A stretch of 64,000 bases of DNA from an uncultured Actinomycetota bacterium (GCA_963736655.1 CAVTPM010000005.1:517295-581294), one strand, 5' to 3'; shown: positions 21,401 to 34,884, numbered from the stretch's first letter. Made by a program: numbers and translations. Notes: generated from the sequence alone by a model not told the origin.

Positions 21401-22979
21401 GGTCGGCCTGATCTCGCCTCCGCCGCACCACGACATCTACTCCATCGAGGACCTCGCGCAGCTGATCCACGACCTCAAGAACGCCAACGACCGCGCGCGG
21501 ATCCACGTGAAGCTCGTGTCCGAGGTCGGCGTCGGCACGGTCGCGGCCGGCGTCGCCAAGGCGCACGCCGACGTGGTCCTGATCTCCGGCCACGACGGGG
21601 GAACGGGCGCGTCGCCGCTCACGTCGCTGAAGCACGCGGGTGCCCCGTGGGAGCTCGGGCTCGCCGAGACCCAGCAGACCTTGCTGCTCAACGGCTTGCG
21701 CGACCGGATCGTCGTGCAGACCGACGGGCAGCTGAAGACCGGGCGCGACGTGGTGGTCGCGGCGTTGCTCGGAGCCGAGGAGTACGGCTTCGCCACCGCG
21801 CCGCTCGTCGTGAGTGGCTGCGTGATGATGCGCGTGTGTCACCTCGACACCTGCCCGGTCGGTGTGGCCACGCAGAACCCGGAGCTTCGCAAGAGGTTCA
21901 CCGGACAACCCGAGTTCGTCGAGACGTTCTTCACCTACATCGCCGAGGAGGTCCGTGAGCTGCTGGCCTCGCTGGGCTTCCGCAGCCTCGAGGAAGCCGT
22001 AGGGCATGCCGAGGTCCTCGACACCGACCGGGCAGCGACGCACTGGAAGACCAGCGGGCTGGACCTCGGCCCGATCCTGTACGTGCCGGAGCTGGCGGAG
22101 GGGACGGCGCGGACGCGGACGATCGCCCAGGACCACGGTCTCGACCGCGCCCTCGACCTCCAGCTGATCGAGCTCGCTCGTCCCGCGCTGGAGTCAGGGG
22201 CGCCCGTGCGGGCCACGTTGGCCGTGCGCAACGTCAACCGGACCGTCGGCACGATGCTCGGGTCGGAGGTCACCCGGAGGTTCGGGGGCAAGGGCCTCCC
22301 GGACGGCACCATCGACCTCAGCTTCGTCGGGTCGGCCGGACAGTCGTTCGGCGCCTTCCTCCCCCCCGGGATCACCCTGCGCCTGGAGGGCGACGCCAAC
22401 GACTACGTCGGGAAGGGGCTCTCAGGTGGTCGCGTGGTGGTACGCCCGTCGCCGGAGGCGCCCTTCGTGGCCGAGGACAACACCATCGCCGGCAACGTCC
22501 TGCTCTACGGGGCCACGTCGGGAGAGCTCTTCGTGCGGGGGGTCGTCGGGGAGCGGTTCTGCGTGCGCAACTCCGGCGCGACCGCCGTCGTCGAGGGCGT
22601 CGGGGACCATGCGTGCGAGTACATGACGGGGGGTCGTGCCGTCATTCTCGGGCCGACCGGCCGCAACCTCGCTGCGGGCATGAGCGGCGGCGTGGCCTAC
22701 GTCCTCGACCTGGACCAGCGGCAGGTCAATCGCGACATGGTCGACCTCGACCCCCTGGAGGAGGACGACCGAGCCTTCCTGATCGACGTGCTTCACCGGC
22801 ACCTCGAGGAGACCGGGTCGACGGTCGCCTCCTTGCTGCTCGCCGACCAGGAGGCGGCGTTGGCCCGGCTGGTCAAGGTGATGCCCAAGGACTACAAGCG
22901 CGTCCTGGCCGCTCGGTTGCGGGCGCTGCGCGACGGCGGCGACGTGGACGTCGCGGTCATGGAGGCTTCGCATGGCTGA
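18443..22979 (+). CDS. gltB: Glutamate synthase large subunit; frame disrupted as sequenced
   Basis: The N-terminal amidotransferase domain starts CGVAFVA. FMN and GXGXG domains are present ([32 protein letters not shown]..., [13 protein letters not shown]). Track ORFs 18443..21274 and 21087..22979 join near 21064-21070. Confidence 0.95.
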
Positions 22980-24426
22980 CCCCAAGGGGTTCCTCACCAC
23001 TCCTCGGGTGACCCCGAGTCGTCGACCGGTCGACGTCCGCATCCAGGACTGGCGCGAGGTCTACCAGGACATGGACGGCAGCACCCTTCAGGCGCAAGCC
23101 GGCCGATGCATGGACTGCGGCATCCCCTTCTGTCATCAGGGCTGCCCGCTCGGCAACCTGATCCCGGAGTGGAACGACCTCGCCTGGCGGGACGACTGGC
23201 GGGAGGCTTCCGAGAGACTGCACGCGACCAACAACTTCCCGGAGTTCACCGGGCGGTTGTGCCCAGCCCCGTGCGAGACCGCCTGCGTCCTCGGCATCAA
23301 CGCCGATCCCGTGACCATCAAGCAGGTCGAGGTGTCCATCGTGGACCGCGCCTGGGACGCGGGCTGGCTCGAGCCGCAGGCCCCGAGCCGGTTGTCGGGG
23401 CGGACGGTCGCCGTCGTCGGGTCCGGTCCGGCAGGGCTGGCGGCTGCCCAGCAGCTGACCAGGGCCGGCCACACCGTGGTCGTGTTCGAGCGGGCCGACC
23501 GGATCGGTGGCCTGCTCCGCTACGGCATCCCCGAGTTCAAGATGGAGAAGCGTCATCTCGACCGACGGCTCGGCGCAGATGGAGGCCGAGGGGACGCGCT
23601 TCCGCCCGGGGGTCGCCGTGGGCGTCGACCTCACCGGATCCGACCTTCGCAAGCGGTACGACGCCGTCGTCGTCGCCACCGGTGCCACGGTGGCGCGGGA
23701 GCTGCCCGTCCCCGGTCGCGAGCTCTCCGGGGTCCACCAGGCCATGGAGTACCTGCCGTGGGCCAATCGCGTGCAGGAGGGCGATCTGGTCGCCTCGCCG
23801 ATCAGCGCCGAGGGCAAGCACGTCGTGATCCTCGGCGGGGGCGACACGGGTGCGGACTGCTTGGGCACCGCTCACCGCCAAGGCGCCGCCTCGGTGACCC
23901 AGCTGGAGATCATGCCGACGCCGCCGGGCGAACGACCGGAGTCGCAACCTTGGCCCACCTACCCGATGACCTACCGCACGTCCAGCGCCCACGAGGAGGG
24001 CGGCGAGCGGGTCTTCGCGGTGTCGACCCAGGCGTTCGTGGGCGTCGACGGCCGGGTCCGCGCCCTGCGCATCGTCGAGGTGGCCATGAGGGACGGCCGG
24101 TTCGCCGACGGTCGAGGGGACCGAGCGCGAGATCCCCGCGGACCTCGTCCTTCTCGCGATGGGGTTCACCGGACCCGAGCCGGGCGGGCTCCTGGACCAG
24201 CTCGGCGTGGCGCTGGACGACCGGGGGAACGTGACGCGCGACAGCACGCTACGCCAGCACGGTTCCTGGGGTCTTCGTCGCCGGGGACGCGGGACGGGGT
24301 CAGTCGTTGATCGTCTGGGCCATCGCCGAAGGGCGGTCGTGCGCAGCGGCGGTCGACCAGCACCTCGTCGGCTCCACCTCCCTGCCCGCACCGATCCTGC
24401 CCACCGCTCGACCGCTCGTCGTCTGA
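22972..24426 (+). CDS. gltD: Glutamate synthase small subunit; three frame changes as sequenced
   Basis: Motifs: [68 protein letters not shown]. The frame shifts near 23571, 24108 and 24249. Stop at 24424-24426. Confidence 0.9.
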
Positions 24427-24478
24427 CCGGGCGCTGTCCGCGGCTCGGACGCATCCGGGTCGGCACCCCCACCGTCGA

Positions 24479-24484
24479 TAGGCT
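24479..24484 (+). promoter_or_regulatory. -10-like hexamer TAGGCT, 6 nt upstream of the pyk ATG (leaderless candidate)
   Basis: Sequence is cgaTAGGCTcccgacATG, with no SD in between. Confidence 0.35.
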
Positions 24485-24490
24485 CCCGAC

Positions 24491-25937
24491 ATGCGCCGCG
24501 CCAAGATCGTCTGCACGCTCGGACCTGCCACGTCGTCCCTCGGGCAGGTGCGCGCGCTCGTGGCCGCCGGCATGGACGTGGCTCGGCTCAACCTCAGCCA
24601 CGGGAGCTACGCGGACCACGAGACCGTCTACCACCACGTGCGGCAGGCGGCCGACGAGGCGGGCCGGGGGGTCGGCATCCTGGTCGACCTCCAGGGCCCG
24701 AAGATCCGGCTCGGCTCGTTCGTCGACGGACCGCAGCTGCTGCACAACGGGGCGCGCTTCACGATCACCACCGAGGACGTCCCGGGCACCGCGGACCTGT
24801 GCTCGACGACGTACGACGGGCTCCCCGGCGACGCGTCCGTGGGTGACCGCATCCTCATCGACGACGGCAAGGTCACCGTGCAGGTGGTCGAGGTGGACGA
24901 GACCCGGGTGGTGACCGAGGTCATCGAGGGCGGGATGGTGTCCGACCACAAGGGGCTCAACCTGCCCGGCGTGGCCGTGTCCGTCCCGGCGCTGTCGGAG
25001 AAGGACGTCGAGGACCTGCGCTGGGCGCTGTCCCTGCAGGGCCGATCTGATCGCGCTGTCGTTCGTGCGCTCAGCGCGACGACGTCGTCGACGTGCACGC
25101 GATCATGGACGAGGAGGGGGTCCGGCTCCCCGTCTTCGCCAAGATCGAGAAGCCTCAGGCGGTGGCCAACATCACCTCGATCGTCGAGGCGTTCGACGGG
25201 GTGATGGTCGCGCGCGGCGACCTCGGCGTCGAGCTCCCGCTGGAGCAGGTACCGCTCGTCCAGAAGGCGACCGTCGCCGCGGCGCGCGAGATGGCCAAGC
25301 CGGTCATCGTCGCGACCCAGATGCTCGAGTCGATGATCGGCGCCTCCCGTCCGACCCGGGCCGAGGCGTCGGACGTGGCCAACGCCGTGCTGGACGGCGC
25401 GGACGCGCTCATGCTCTCGGGGGAGACCTCGGTCGGTCACTACCCGATCGAGACCGTGGCGACGATGGCGCGGATCATCTCCACCGTCGAGGAGGGCTCC
25501 GCGGACCACCTGCCTCCGCCTTCGTGGTCGACCGAGCAGCACGCCCGGCGCGATCTGCGAGTCCGCGGCGCGCGTCGGCGCGATCGTCGGGGCGAAGTTC
25601 CTGGTCGCCTTCACCGAGACCGGTGGATCAGCGCACCGGCTGGCCCGGCACCGGTCGCCGATCCCGTTGCTCGCGTTCACGCCCGACCCGGCGGTCCGCA
25701 GTCAGCTCGCCGTGGCCTGGGGGGTCGAGACGTTCCTCGTTCCCACGGTCCGGCACACCGACGAGATGGTGAAGCAGGTCGACGCCGCGCTGCTCGACAT
25801 CGGACGCTGCGAGGACGGCGACGCCGTGGTGATCGTGGCGGGTTCCCCGCCCGGCATCCCCGGGTCGACGAACGCGATGCGGGTCCATCGGATGGGTGAC
25901 GCCGTGAACCTCGATCGCACCGGCGTATCAGAGCTGA
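24491..25937 (+). CDS. pyk: Pyruvate kinase; three to four frame changes as sequenced, 3' end uncertain
   Basis: Motifs: [14 protein letters not shown]...[41 protein letters not shown]. The frame shifts near 25040, 25078 and 25548. The last frame runs on to 26050 into bldD. A further +1 shift near 25915 would end the gene at TGA 25935-25937, before the intergenic hairpin. Confidence 0.88.
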
Positions 25938-25945
25938 CGCGCGAC

Positions 25946-25967
25946 CTCGGCCCTCAGGGGGCCCGAG
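25946..25967. terminator. GC-rich hairpin between the convergent pyk and bldD genes (possible bidirectional terminator)
   Basis: In ctcggccctcagggggcccgag, ctcgg pairs with ccgag and ccc with ggg, with one bulge. It lies 6 nt beyond the bldD stop. There is no clear U-tract. Confidence 0.3.
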
Positions 25968-25972
25968 CGGGG

Positions 25973-26466
25973 TCAGTCGACGACGGCGCGCCGGGCGTCG
26001 GGGTCGAGGACGCCCCAGGCGATGAACTGCTCGACGAGCACGCTGGGTGACTGGTCGTAGATGACCCCCAGGGTGCGCAGGTCGTCCGAGCGGACCGACA
26101 GGACCCGGCCGTTGTAGTCGCCGCGCTGGCTCTGGATGGTGGAGCAGTAGCGGGCCAGCGGGCCGGCCTTCTCCGCGGGCACGCGGCCGAGCCGCTCGAG
26201 GTCGATGACCAGGCGCGGGCGGCGGCTCGCTGGCCGGACGCTGCGGCCCCGCCGGGGAGCAGCTCGCCCACCGGGACCGCGTAGAAGTCGGCCAGCTCGG
26301 CCAGCCGCTGGACGGTGACGGCCCGGTCGCCGCGCTCGTACGAGCCGACGACGACCGCCTTCCAGCGGCCCTCGGACTTCTCCTCGACGCCGTGCAGCGA
26401 CAACCCCTGCTGCGTGCGGATCGCGCGAAGGCGCGAACCCAGCGCGCGTGCGTAGTCAGTCGTCAT
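25973..26466 (-). CDS. bldD: BldD-family developmental/c-di-GMP-responsive transcription regulator (XRE HTH); frame disrupted as sequenced
   Basis: The N-terminus MTTDYARALGSRLRAIRTQQGLSLHGVEEKSEGRWKAVVVGSYERGDRAVTVQRLAELADFY is near-identical in pattern to Streptomyces BldD. The C-terminal frame is RLVIDLERLGRVPAEKAGPLARYCSTIQSQRGDYNGRVLSVRSDDLRTLGVIYDQSPSVL. A one-base deletion-type shift lies near 26212-26226. The gene sits next to pyrR as in Streptomyces. Confidence 0.85.
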
Positions 26467-26518
26467 CGGTTGACGGCACCCCCCTCAGGGCCCAGATGTC
26501 ACCGGGCGTGGAGCTCGG

Positions 26519-26546
26519 TTACGCACGGTGACGTTACGGAGGGTAA
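26519..26546. promoter_or_regulatory. Two adjacent BldD-box-like palindromes (TNAC-N5-GTNA) upstream of bldD
   Basis: TTACgcacgGTGA (26519-26531) and TTACggaggGTAA (26534-26546) lie 53-80 nt upstream of the bldD start codon. Confidence 0.4.
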
Positions 26547-26607
26547 TCGCCGGAGCGCAAGCGGTTCGGTCCCGAAAGGACCGTTCGGACGACCCCACAC
26601 CCCCTGG

Positions 26608-26613
26608 TAGCGT
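26608..26613 (+). promoter_or_regulatory. Candidate pyr-operon promoter -10 (TAGCGT; TTCGGA 18 nt upstream)
   Basis: Sequence is ttcgga-N18-TAGCGT, about 70 nt upstream of the PyrR-binding hairpin. Confidence 0.3.
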
Positions 26614-26681
26614 GAGGTCCGTTCGACGGTCAGGACCGCGAGCATGCCCATCGAGTGCCAGCACTCGACGTCCTTTAACGA

Positions 26682-26707
26682 CCCGTCCTGAGAGGCGGGG
26701 AAGGAGG
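26682..26707 (+). promoter_or_regulatory. PyrR-binding RNA hairpin abutting a strong Shine-Dalgarno sequence (pyr leader)
   Basis: CCCG-UCCUGAGAGG-CGGG has a loop one substitution from the B. subtilis PyrR binding-loop core UCCAGAGAGG. AAGGAGG (26701-26707) follows directly. A perfect 8-bp hairpin tcgagtgc-ca-gcactcga lies at 26651-26668. Confidence 0.6.
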
Positions 26708-26769
26708 TCTGCGACGGATGTCCACCGTCCCAGAAGGCTGCCGACCGTCCCACCCGGGCAGCAGATCCG

Positions 26770-27369
26770 ATGACCGTACGTGCGGTGCCCGAGGGCGCCC
26801 GTACCGTCCTCGAACCGGACGAGATCCAGCGGGCGCTGACCCGCATCGCCCACGAGATCCTCGAGGCCAACAAGGGCCCCGACGATCTGGTGCTGCTCGG
26901 CATCCCCACCCGTGGCGTCGATCTGGCGCTGCGGCTCGCGCGAGCGCATCGCCGACGTCGAGGGCACGACGTGCCCGTCGGCAGCCTCGACGTGACGATG
27001 TACCGCGACGACCTGCGGCTGCGACCGGCCCGCGCCCTCGAGCGCACCGAGGTTCCGTCCGGAGGCGTCGACGGCAAGGTCGTCGTCCTCGTCGACGACG
27101 TGCTCTTCTCCGGACGCACCGTGCGCTCCGCCCTGACGGCCCTCGACGACCTGGGCCGCCCGCGCGCGGTCCAGCTGGCGGTGCTCGTCGACCGGGGCCA
27201 CCGCGAGCTGCCCATCCGCGCCGACTACGTCGGCAAGAACCTGCCGACCTCGCACCGGGAGGTGGTCAAGGTGATCCTGACCGAGCACGACGGTGCCGAC
27301 GGGGTCTTCATCGCCGACCGCGACAGTCTCGGCACCCCCGCCCCGTCGACCGGGGAGGAGCCCCGATGA
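26770..27369 (+). CDS. pyrR: Bifunctional pyr operon regulator / uracil phosphoribosyltransferase PyrR
   Basis: 199 aa: [19 protein letters not shown]...LLGIPTRGV...DVTMYRDDL...[18 protein letters not shown]...[21 protein letters not shown]. The local segment RAHRRRRGH (26941-26967) looks like a frame-restoring indel pair. The +1 frame reads ERIADVEG. Confidence 0.9.
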   Translation: MTVRAVPEGARTVLEPDEIQRALTRIAHEILEANKGPDDLVLLGIPTRGVDLALRLARAHRRRRGHDVPVGSLDVTMYRDDLRLRPARALERTEVPSGGVDGKVVVLVDDVLFSGRTVRSALTALDDLGRPRAVQLAVLVDRGHRELPIRADYVGKNLPTSHREVVKVILTEHDGADGVFIADRDSLGTPAPSTGEEPR

Positions 27370-28346
27370 AGAAGCACCTCGTGTCAGCAGCCGACCTCTC
27401 CCGTGAGGACGCGATCCTCGTGCTCGACACTGCGGAGGAGCTCGCCCGGCTCGCCGACCGACCGATCCGGAAGCTGCCGACGCTGCGCGGGCGCACCGTC
27501 GTCAACCTCTTCTTCGAGGACTCCACGCGCACCCGGATCTCCTTCGAGGCGGCCGCCAAGCGACTGTCCGCCGACGTCATCAACTTCAGCGCCAAGGGTT
27601 CGAGCGTCTCCAAGGGCGAGAGCCTCAAGGACACGGCGCTCACCCTCGAAGCCATGGGCGCCGACGCCGTCGTGGTGCGGCACGGCTCCAGCGGCGCCCC
27701 GCACCGGCTGGCGTACAGCGGGTGGATCCGGGGGTCGGTGGTCAACGCAGGCGACGGCACCCACGAGCACCCCACCCAGGCCCTGCTCGATGCGTTCACC
27801 ATGCGCCGCCACCTGGCCGGAGGCACCGGTGACCTCGAGGGACGCCGGGTCACCATCGTGGGTGACGTGCTGCACAGCCGGGTCGCCCGGTCCAACGTGC
27901 TGCTGCTGCACACCCTGGGCGCGGACGTCACCTTGGTGGCGCCGCCGACCCTGCTCCCGGTCGGTGTCGACACCTGGCCGTGCGCGGTCTCCTACGACAT
28001 CGACGCGCCACTCCCCAAGAGCGACGTCGTGATGATGCTGCGCGTCCAGCGGGAGCGCATGAACGCCTCGTTCTTCCCGAGCAGCGCCGAGTACAGCCGT
28101 CGCTACGGGCTCGACGTCGAGCGGGCCGCGACCTTGCCCGACCATGCGATCGTCATGCATCCCGGCCCGATGAACCGGGGCATGGAGATCGCCGCTGACG
28201 TCGCCGACAGTGCTCGCTCGACGATCGTCGAGCAGGTCACGAACGGGGTGTCCGTCCGGATGGCCGTGCTCTACCTGCTGCTGGGCGGTTCCGAGTCGGC
28301 CATCGGGAGCGATCCGGACGCCCGTCTCGAGGAGGTGGCCCGATGA
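27366..28346 (+). CDS. pyrB: Aspartate carbamoyltransferase catalytic subunit
   Basis: 326 aa from ATG 27366 (ATGA overlap with pyrR). Motifs: [36 protein letters not shown]. Intact. Confidence 0.93.
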   Translation: MKKHLVSAADLSREDAILVLDTAEELARLADRPIRKLPTLRGRTVVNLFFEDSTRTRISFEAAAKRLSADVINFSAKGSSVSKGESLKDTALTLEAMGADAVVVRHGSSGAPHRLAYSGWIRGSVVNAGDGTHEHPTQALLDAFTMRRHLAGGTGDLEGRRVTIVGDVLHSRVARSNVLLLHTLGADVTLVAPPTLLPVGVDTWPCAVSYDIDAPLPKSDVVMMLRVQRERMNASFFPSSAEYSRRYGLDVERAATLPDHAIVMHPGPMNRGMEIAADVADSARSTIVEQVTNGVSVRMAVLYLLLGGSESAIGSDPDARLEEVAR

Positions 28347-29630
28347 GCAGCTACCTCGTCCGCGGCGCACGAGTGCTGGGCGGTGAGCCCGATGGACGTG
28401 CTGCTGTCCGAGGGTCGTGTCGAGGAGATCGGCGTCGGGCTGGGCAGGGCGGGTGCCACGGTGATCGACGCCGACGGGCTGGTGGCGCTGCCCGGGCTCG
28501 TCGATCTCCACACCCATCTGCGGGAACCGGGACGTGAGGACGCCGAGACGGTGGCGACCGGGTCCCGTGCAGCTGCCCTCGGGGGGTTCACCGCGGTCCA
28601 TGCCATGGCCAACACCGACCCGGTGGCCGACACGGCCGGCGTGGTCGAGCAGGTGTGGCGCCTGGGCCAGGCCGCGGGGCACTGCGACGTGCAGCCGGTC
28701 GGCGCCGTGACCCTGGGGCTCGCCGGTGAGCAGCTCGCCGAGCTCGGCGCCATGGCCGACTCCGCCGCTGCCGTCCGGGTGTTCTCCGACGACGGGCACT
28801 GCGTCGACGACGCCGTCGTCATGCGCCGGGCGCTCGAGTACGTCAAGGCCTTCGACGGGGTCATCGCCCAGCACGCGCAGGAGCCGCGCCTGACCGAGGG
28901 CGCCCAGATGAACGAGGGCGTGCTCTCCGGCCTGCTCGGGCTCGCCGGCTGGCCGGCGGTGGCCGAGGAGGCGGTGGTCGCGCGCGACGTCCTGCTCGCC
29001 GAGCACGTCGGGTCGCGGCTGCACATCTGCCACGTGTCGACCGCCGGCACCGTGGAGATCATCAGACAGGCCAAGGCGCGCGGGATCGAGGTCACCGCCG
29101 AGGTCACCCCGCACCACCTGCTCCTCACCGACGAGCGGGTGACGACCTACGACCCCGTCTTCAAGGTCAACCCGCCGCTGCGCACCAAGGCCGACGTCGA
29201 GGCCCTCCGCGCCGCCCTGGCGGACGGCACGATCGACGCCGTCGCCACCGATCACGCGCCGCACGCGGTGGAGGACAAGGACTGCGAGTGGTCCGCTGCT
29301 GCCTTCGGGATGCTCGGGCTCGAGCAGGCGCTCGGGGTCGTCGCCGAGACCATGGTCGAGACCGGGCTGCTCGACTGGGCGGGGGTCGCTGACCGCATGT
29401 CGTTCCGCCCGGCTCGGATCGGACGGCTGGCCGGCCACGGGCGACCGCTGGCCGGCGGGGAGCCCGGCAACCTGGTGCTCATCGACCCCGCCGCGCGCGT
29501 GACGGTGGAACCGCACCGCTTGGCGAGCAAGAGCCGCAACACCCCCTACGCCGGCATGACCCTTCCGGGCAAGGTCGTCGCGACCTTCTTGCGCGGACGA
29601 CCCACGGTGCTCGACGGAGGTCTCGCGTGA
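28343..29630 (+). CDS. pyrC: Dihydroorotase; frame disrupted near the 5' end
   Basis: [16 protein letters not shown] is followed, after a shift near 28390, by [14 protein letters not shown]...[14 protein letters not shown]...SDDG...HICHVST...ATDHAPH. Confidence 0.9.
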
Positions 29631-30745
29631 CGCGTCCGGCGATGCTCGTCCTCGAGGACGGGCGCACCTTCCACGGAACGTCGTACGGCGCCGAGGGCGA
29701 GACCTTCGGGGAGGCGGTGTTCTGCACCGCGATGACCGGCTACCAGGAGACCCTCACCGACCCGAGCTACCACCGGCAGGTGGTGGTGATGACCGCTCCG
29801 CACATCGGCAACACCGGGGTGAACGACGAGGACGCCGAGTCCGCGCGGATCTGGGTGAGCGGCTACGTCGTCCGCGACCCCGCCCGAAGGCCGTCGAGCT
29901 GGCGATCCCGGCGCACGCTCGACGATGACCTCCGCGCTCAGGGTGTGGTCGGCATCAGCGGTGTCGACACCCGGGCGATCACTCGTCATCTGCGTGACCG
30001 CGGGGCGATGCGGGTCGGCGTCTCCAGCACCGAGACCGACCCGCAGGCGTTGCTGGAACGCGTCCTGGCCAGCCCCTCGATGGCCGGCGCCGATCTCGTG
30101 GGCGAGGTCACCACGGCGGAGCCGTACGTCGTGCCGGCGCTCGGGGAGCGCCGCTTCACGGTGGCGGCGGTCGACCTGGGCATCAAGTCCATGACCCCGC
30201 ACCGGATGGCCGAACGCGGCATGGAGGTCCACGTCGTGCCCGCGACCTCGACGGTCGAGGAGCTGCTCGCCGTCGGCGCGGACGGTGTCTTCTTCAGCAA
30301 CGGACCCGGGGACCCCGCGACCGCTGATCACGCGGTCGCGCTCATGCAGGCGGTCCTGGACCGGCGGATCCCGGTGTTCGGGATCTGCTTCGGCAACCAG
30401 GTGCTCGGTCGCGCCCTGGGCTTCGGCACGTACAAGCTCGGCTTCGGCCACCGAGGCGTGAACCAGCCGGTGCTCGACCGCGTCGACCGGCGCGGTGGAG
30501 ATCACGGCGCAGAACCACGGCTTCGCGGTGGACGCCCCCGTGGACGCCGTCGCCGAGACCCCGTACGGACGCGTCGAGGTCAGTCACGTCGGGCTCAACG
30601 ACGGGGTCGTCGAGGGCCTGCGCTGCCTCGACGTGCCAGCCTTCTCGGTCCAGTACCACCCAGAAGCCGCTGCAGGGCCACATGATTCGGCGTATCTCTT
30701 CGACCGGTTCGCCGACGTGATGCACGCCGCGAAGGCGGCCCGCTG

Positions 30746-30746
<1 letters not shown>
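29627..30746 (+). CDS. carA: Carbamoyl-phosphate synthase small (glutaminase) subunit; frame disrupted
   Basis: Motifs: [42 protein letters not shown], then after a shift near 30489 [11 protein letters not shown]...SVQYHPEA. Confidence 0.92.
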
Positions 30747-34028
<3,282 letters not shown>

Positions 34029-34029
<1 letters not shown>

Positions 34030-34884
34030 TGGCGCCGGTTCAGGTCAGGGGTGAGGTGCTCCAGATGCGCCGCATCGGGGCCTATCACGCCTTGACGCTG
34101 GTCGCTCCGGGTGTTGCTGATCAGGCCCGTCCCGGGCACTTCGTGGCCCTCGCCGTGGGCGGCCCCACGGGGGCCACGCTGCTGCGCCGCGCCTTCTCCA
34201 TCTACCGCGTCCAGGAACGCGGCGTCTACGGCGGAACGGTGGAGATCGTCTTCGCGGTGCACGGTGCCGGCACGCAGTGGATGTCGGAGCTGCAGCCGCA
34301 CGACCCGGTCGACGTGGTCGGGCCCTTGGGGCGCCCGTTCGCCCTTCCGAAGGACCCGGTCAGCACGACCTTGGTCGGCGGCGGTTACGGCACGGCGCCG
34401 CTGTTCTCCCTCGCCGAGCAGCTGCGCTCGCGCGGCTGCCGGGTCGACTTCGTCATCGGTGCCGCCACCGAGGCCAAGCTGTTCGGCGCCCTCGAGGCGA
34501 AGCGGATGTCGCAGTCGGTGGCCATCACGACCGAGGACGGCTCGATGGGGGAGCGCGGTCGGGTCTCCGACGTGCTGCCCGCCCTGCTCCAGCGGAGCAT
34601 GACCGACGTCGTCTACGCGTGCGGGCCCATGGGGATGCTGAGGGCGGTCGCCGAGATCGCCCGGATGAACGGCGCCCACAGCCAGGTGGCCGTCGAGGAG
34701 TCGATGGCCTGCGGCATCGGGGTGTGCATGACGTGCGTGCTTCCGGTGGTCGGCGAGGACGGGCAGACGCGCATGCTGCGCTCCTGCGTCGACGGGCCGG
34801 TGTTCAACGGCGACTGCGATCCGCTGGGACGCTCTCGGCACCGTCCCGGCCGACGCGGTCGGCGCCCCGACGGGTGGCCACTGA
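34029..34884 (+). CDS. pyrK: Dihydroorotate dehydrogenase (class 1B) electron-transfer subunit PyrK; frame disrupted near the 3' end
   Basis: FAD/NAD-binding fold ([17 protein letters not shown]) and a 2Fe-2S Cys cluster ([12 protein letters not shown]...RSCVDGPVF). A shift near 34814 gives the end [22 protein letters not shown] (stop 34882-34884). Confidence 0.85.

Noticed and set aside
26718-28346. 542-aa ORF spanning pyrR and pyrB.
   Set aside because: It reads pyrR out of frame (Arg/Pro-rich) and only becomes meaningful at pyrB ATG 27366. It is a read-through artefact, although its ATG and SD at 26701-26720 may be real (see the pyr-leader finding).
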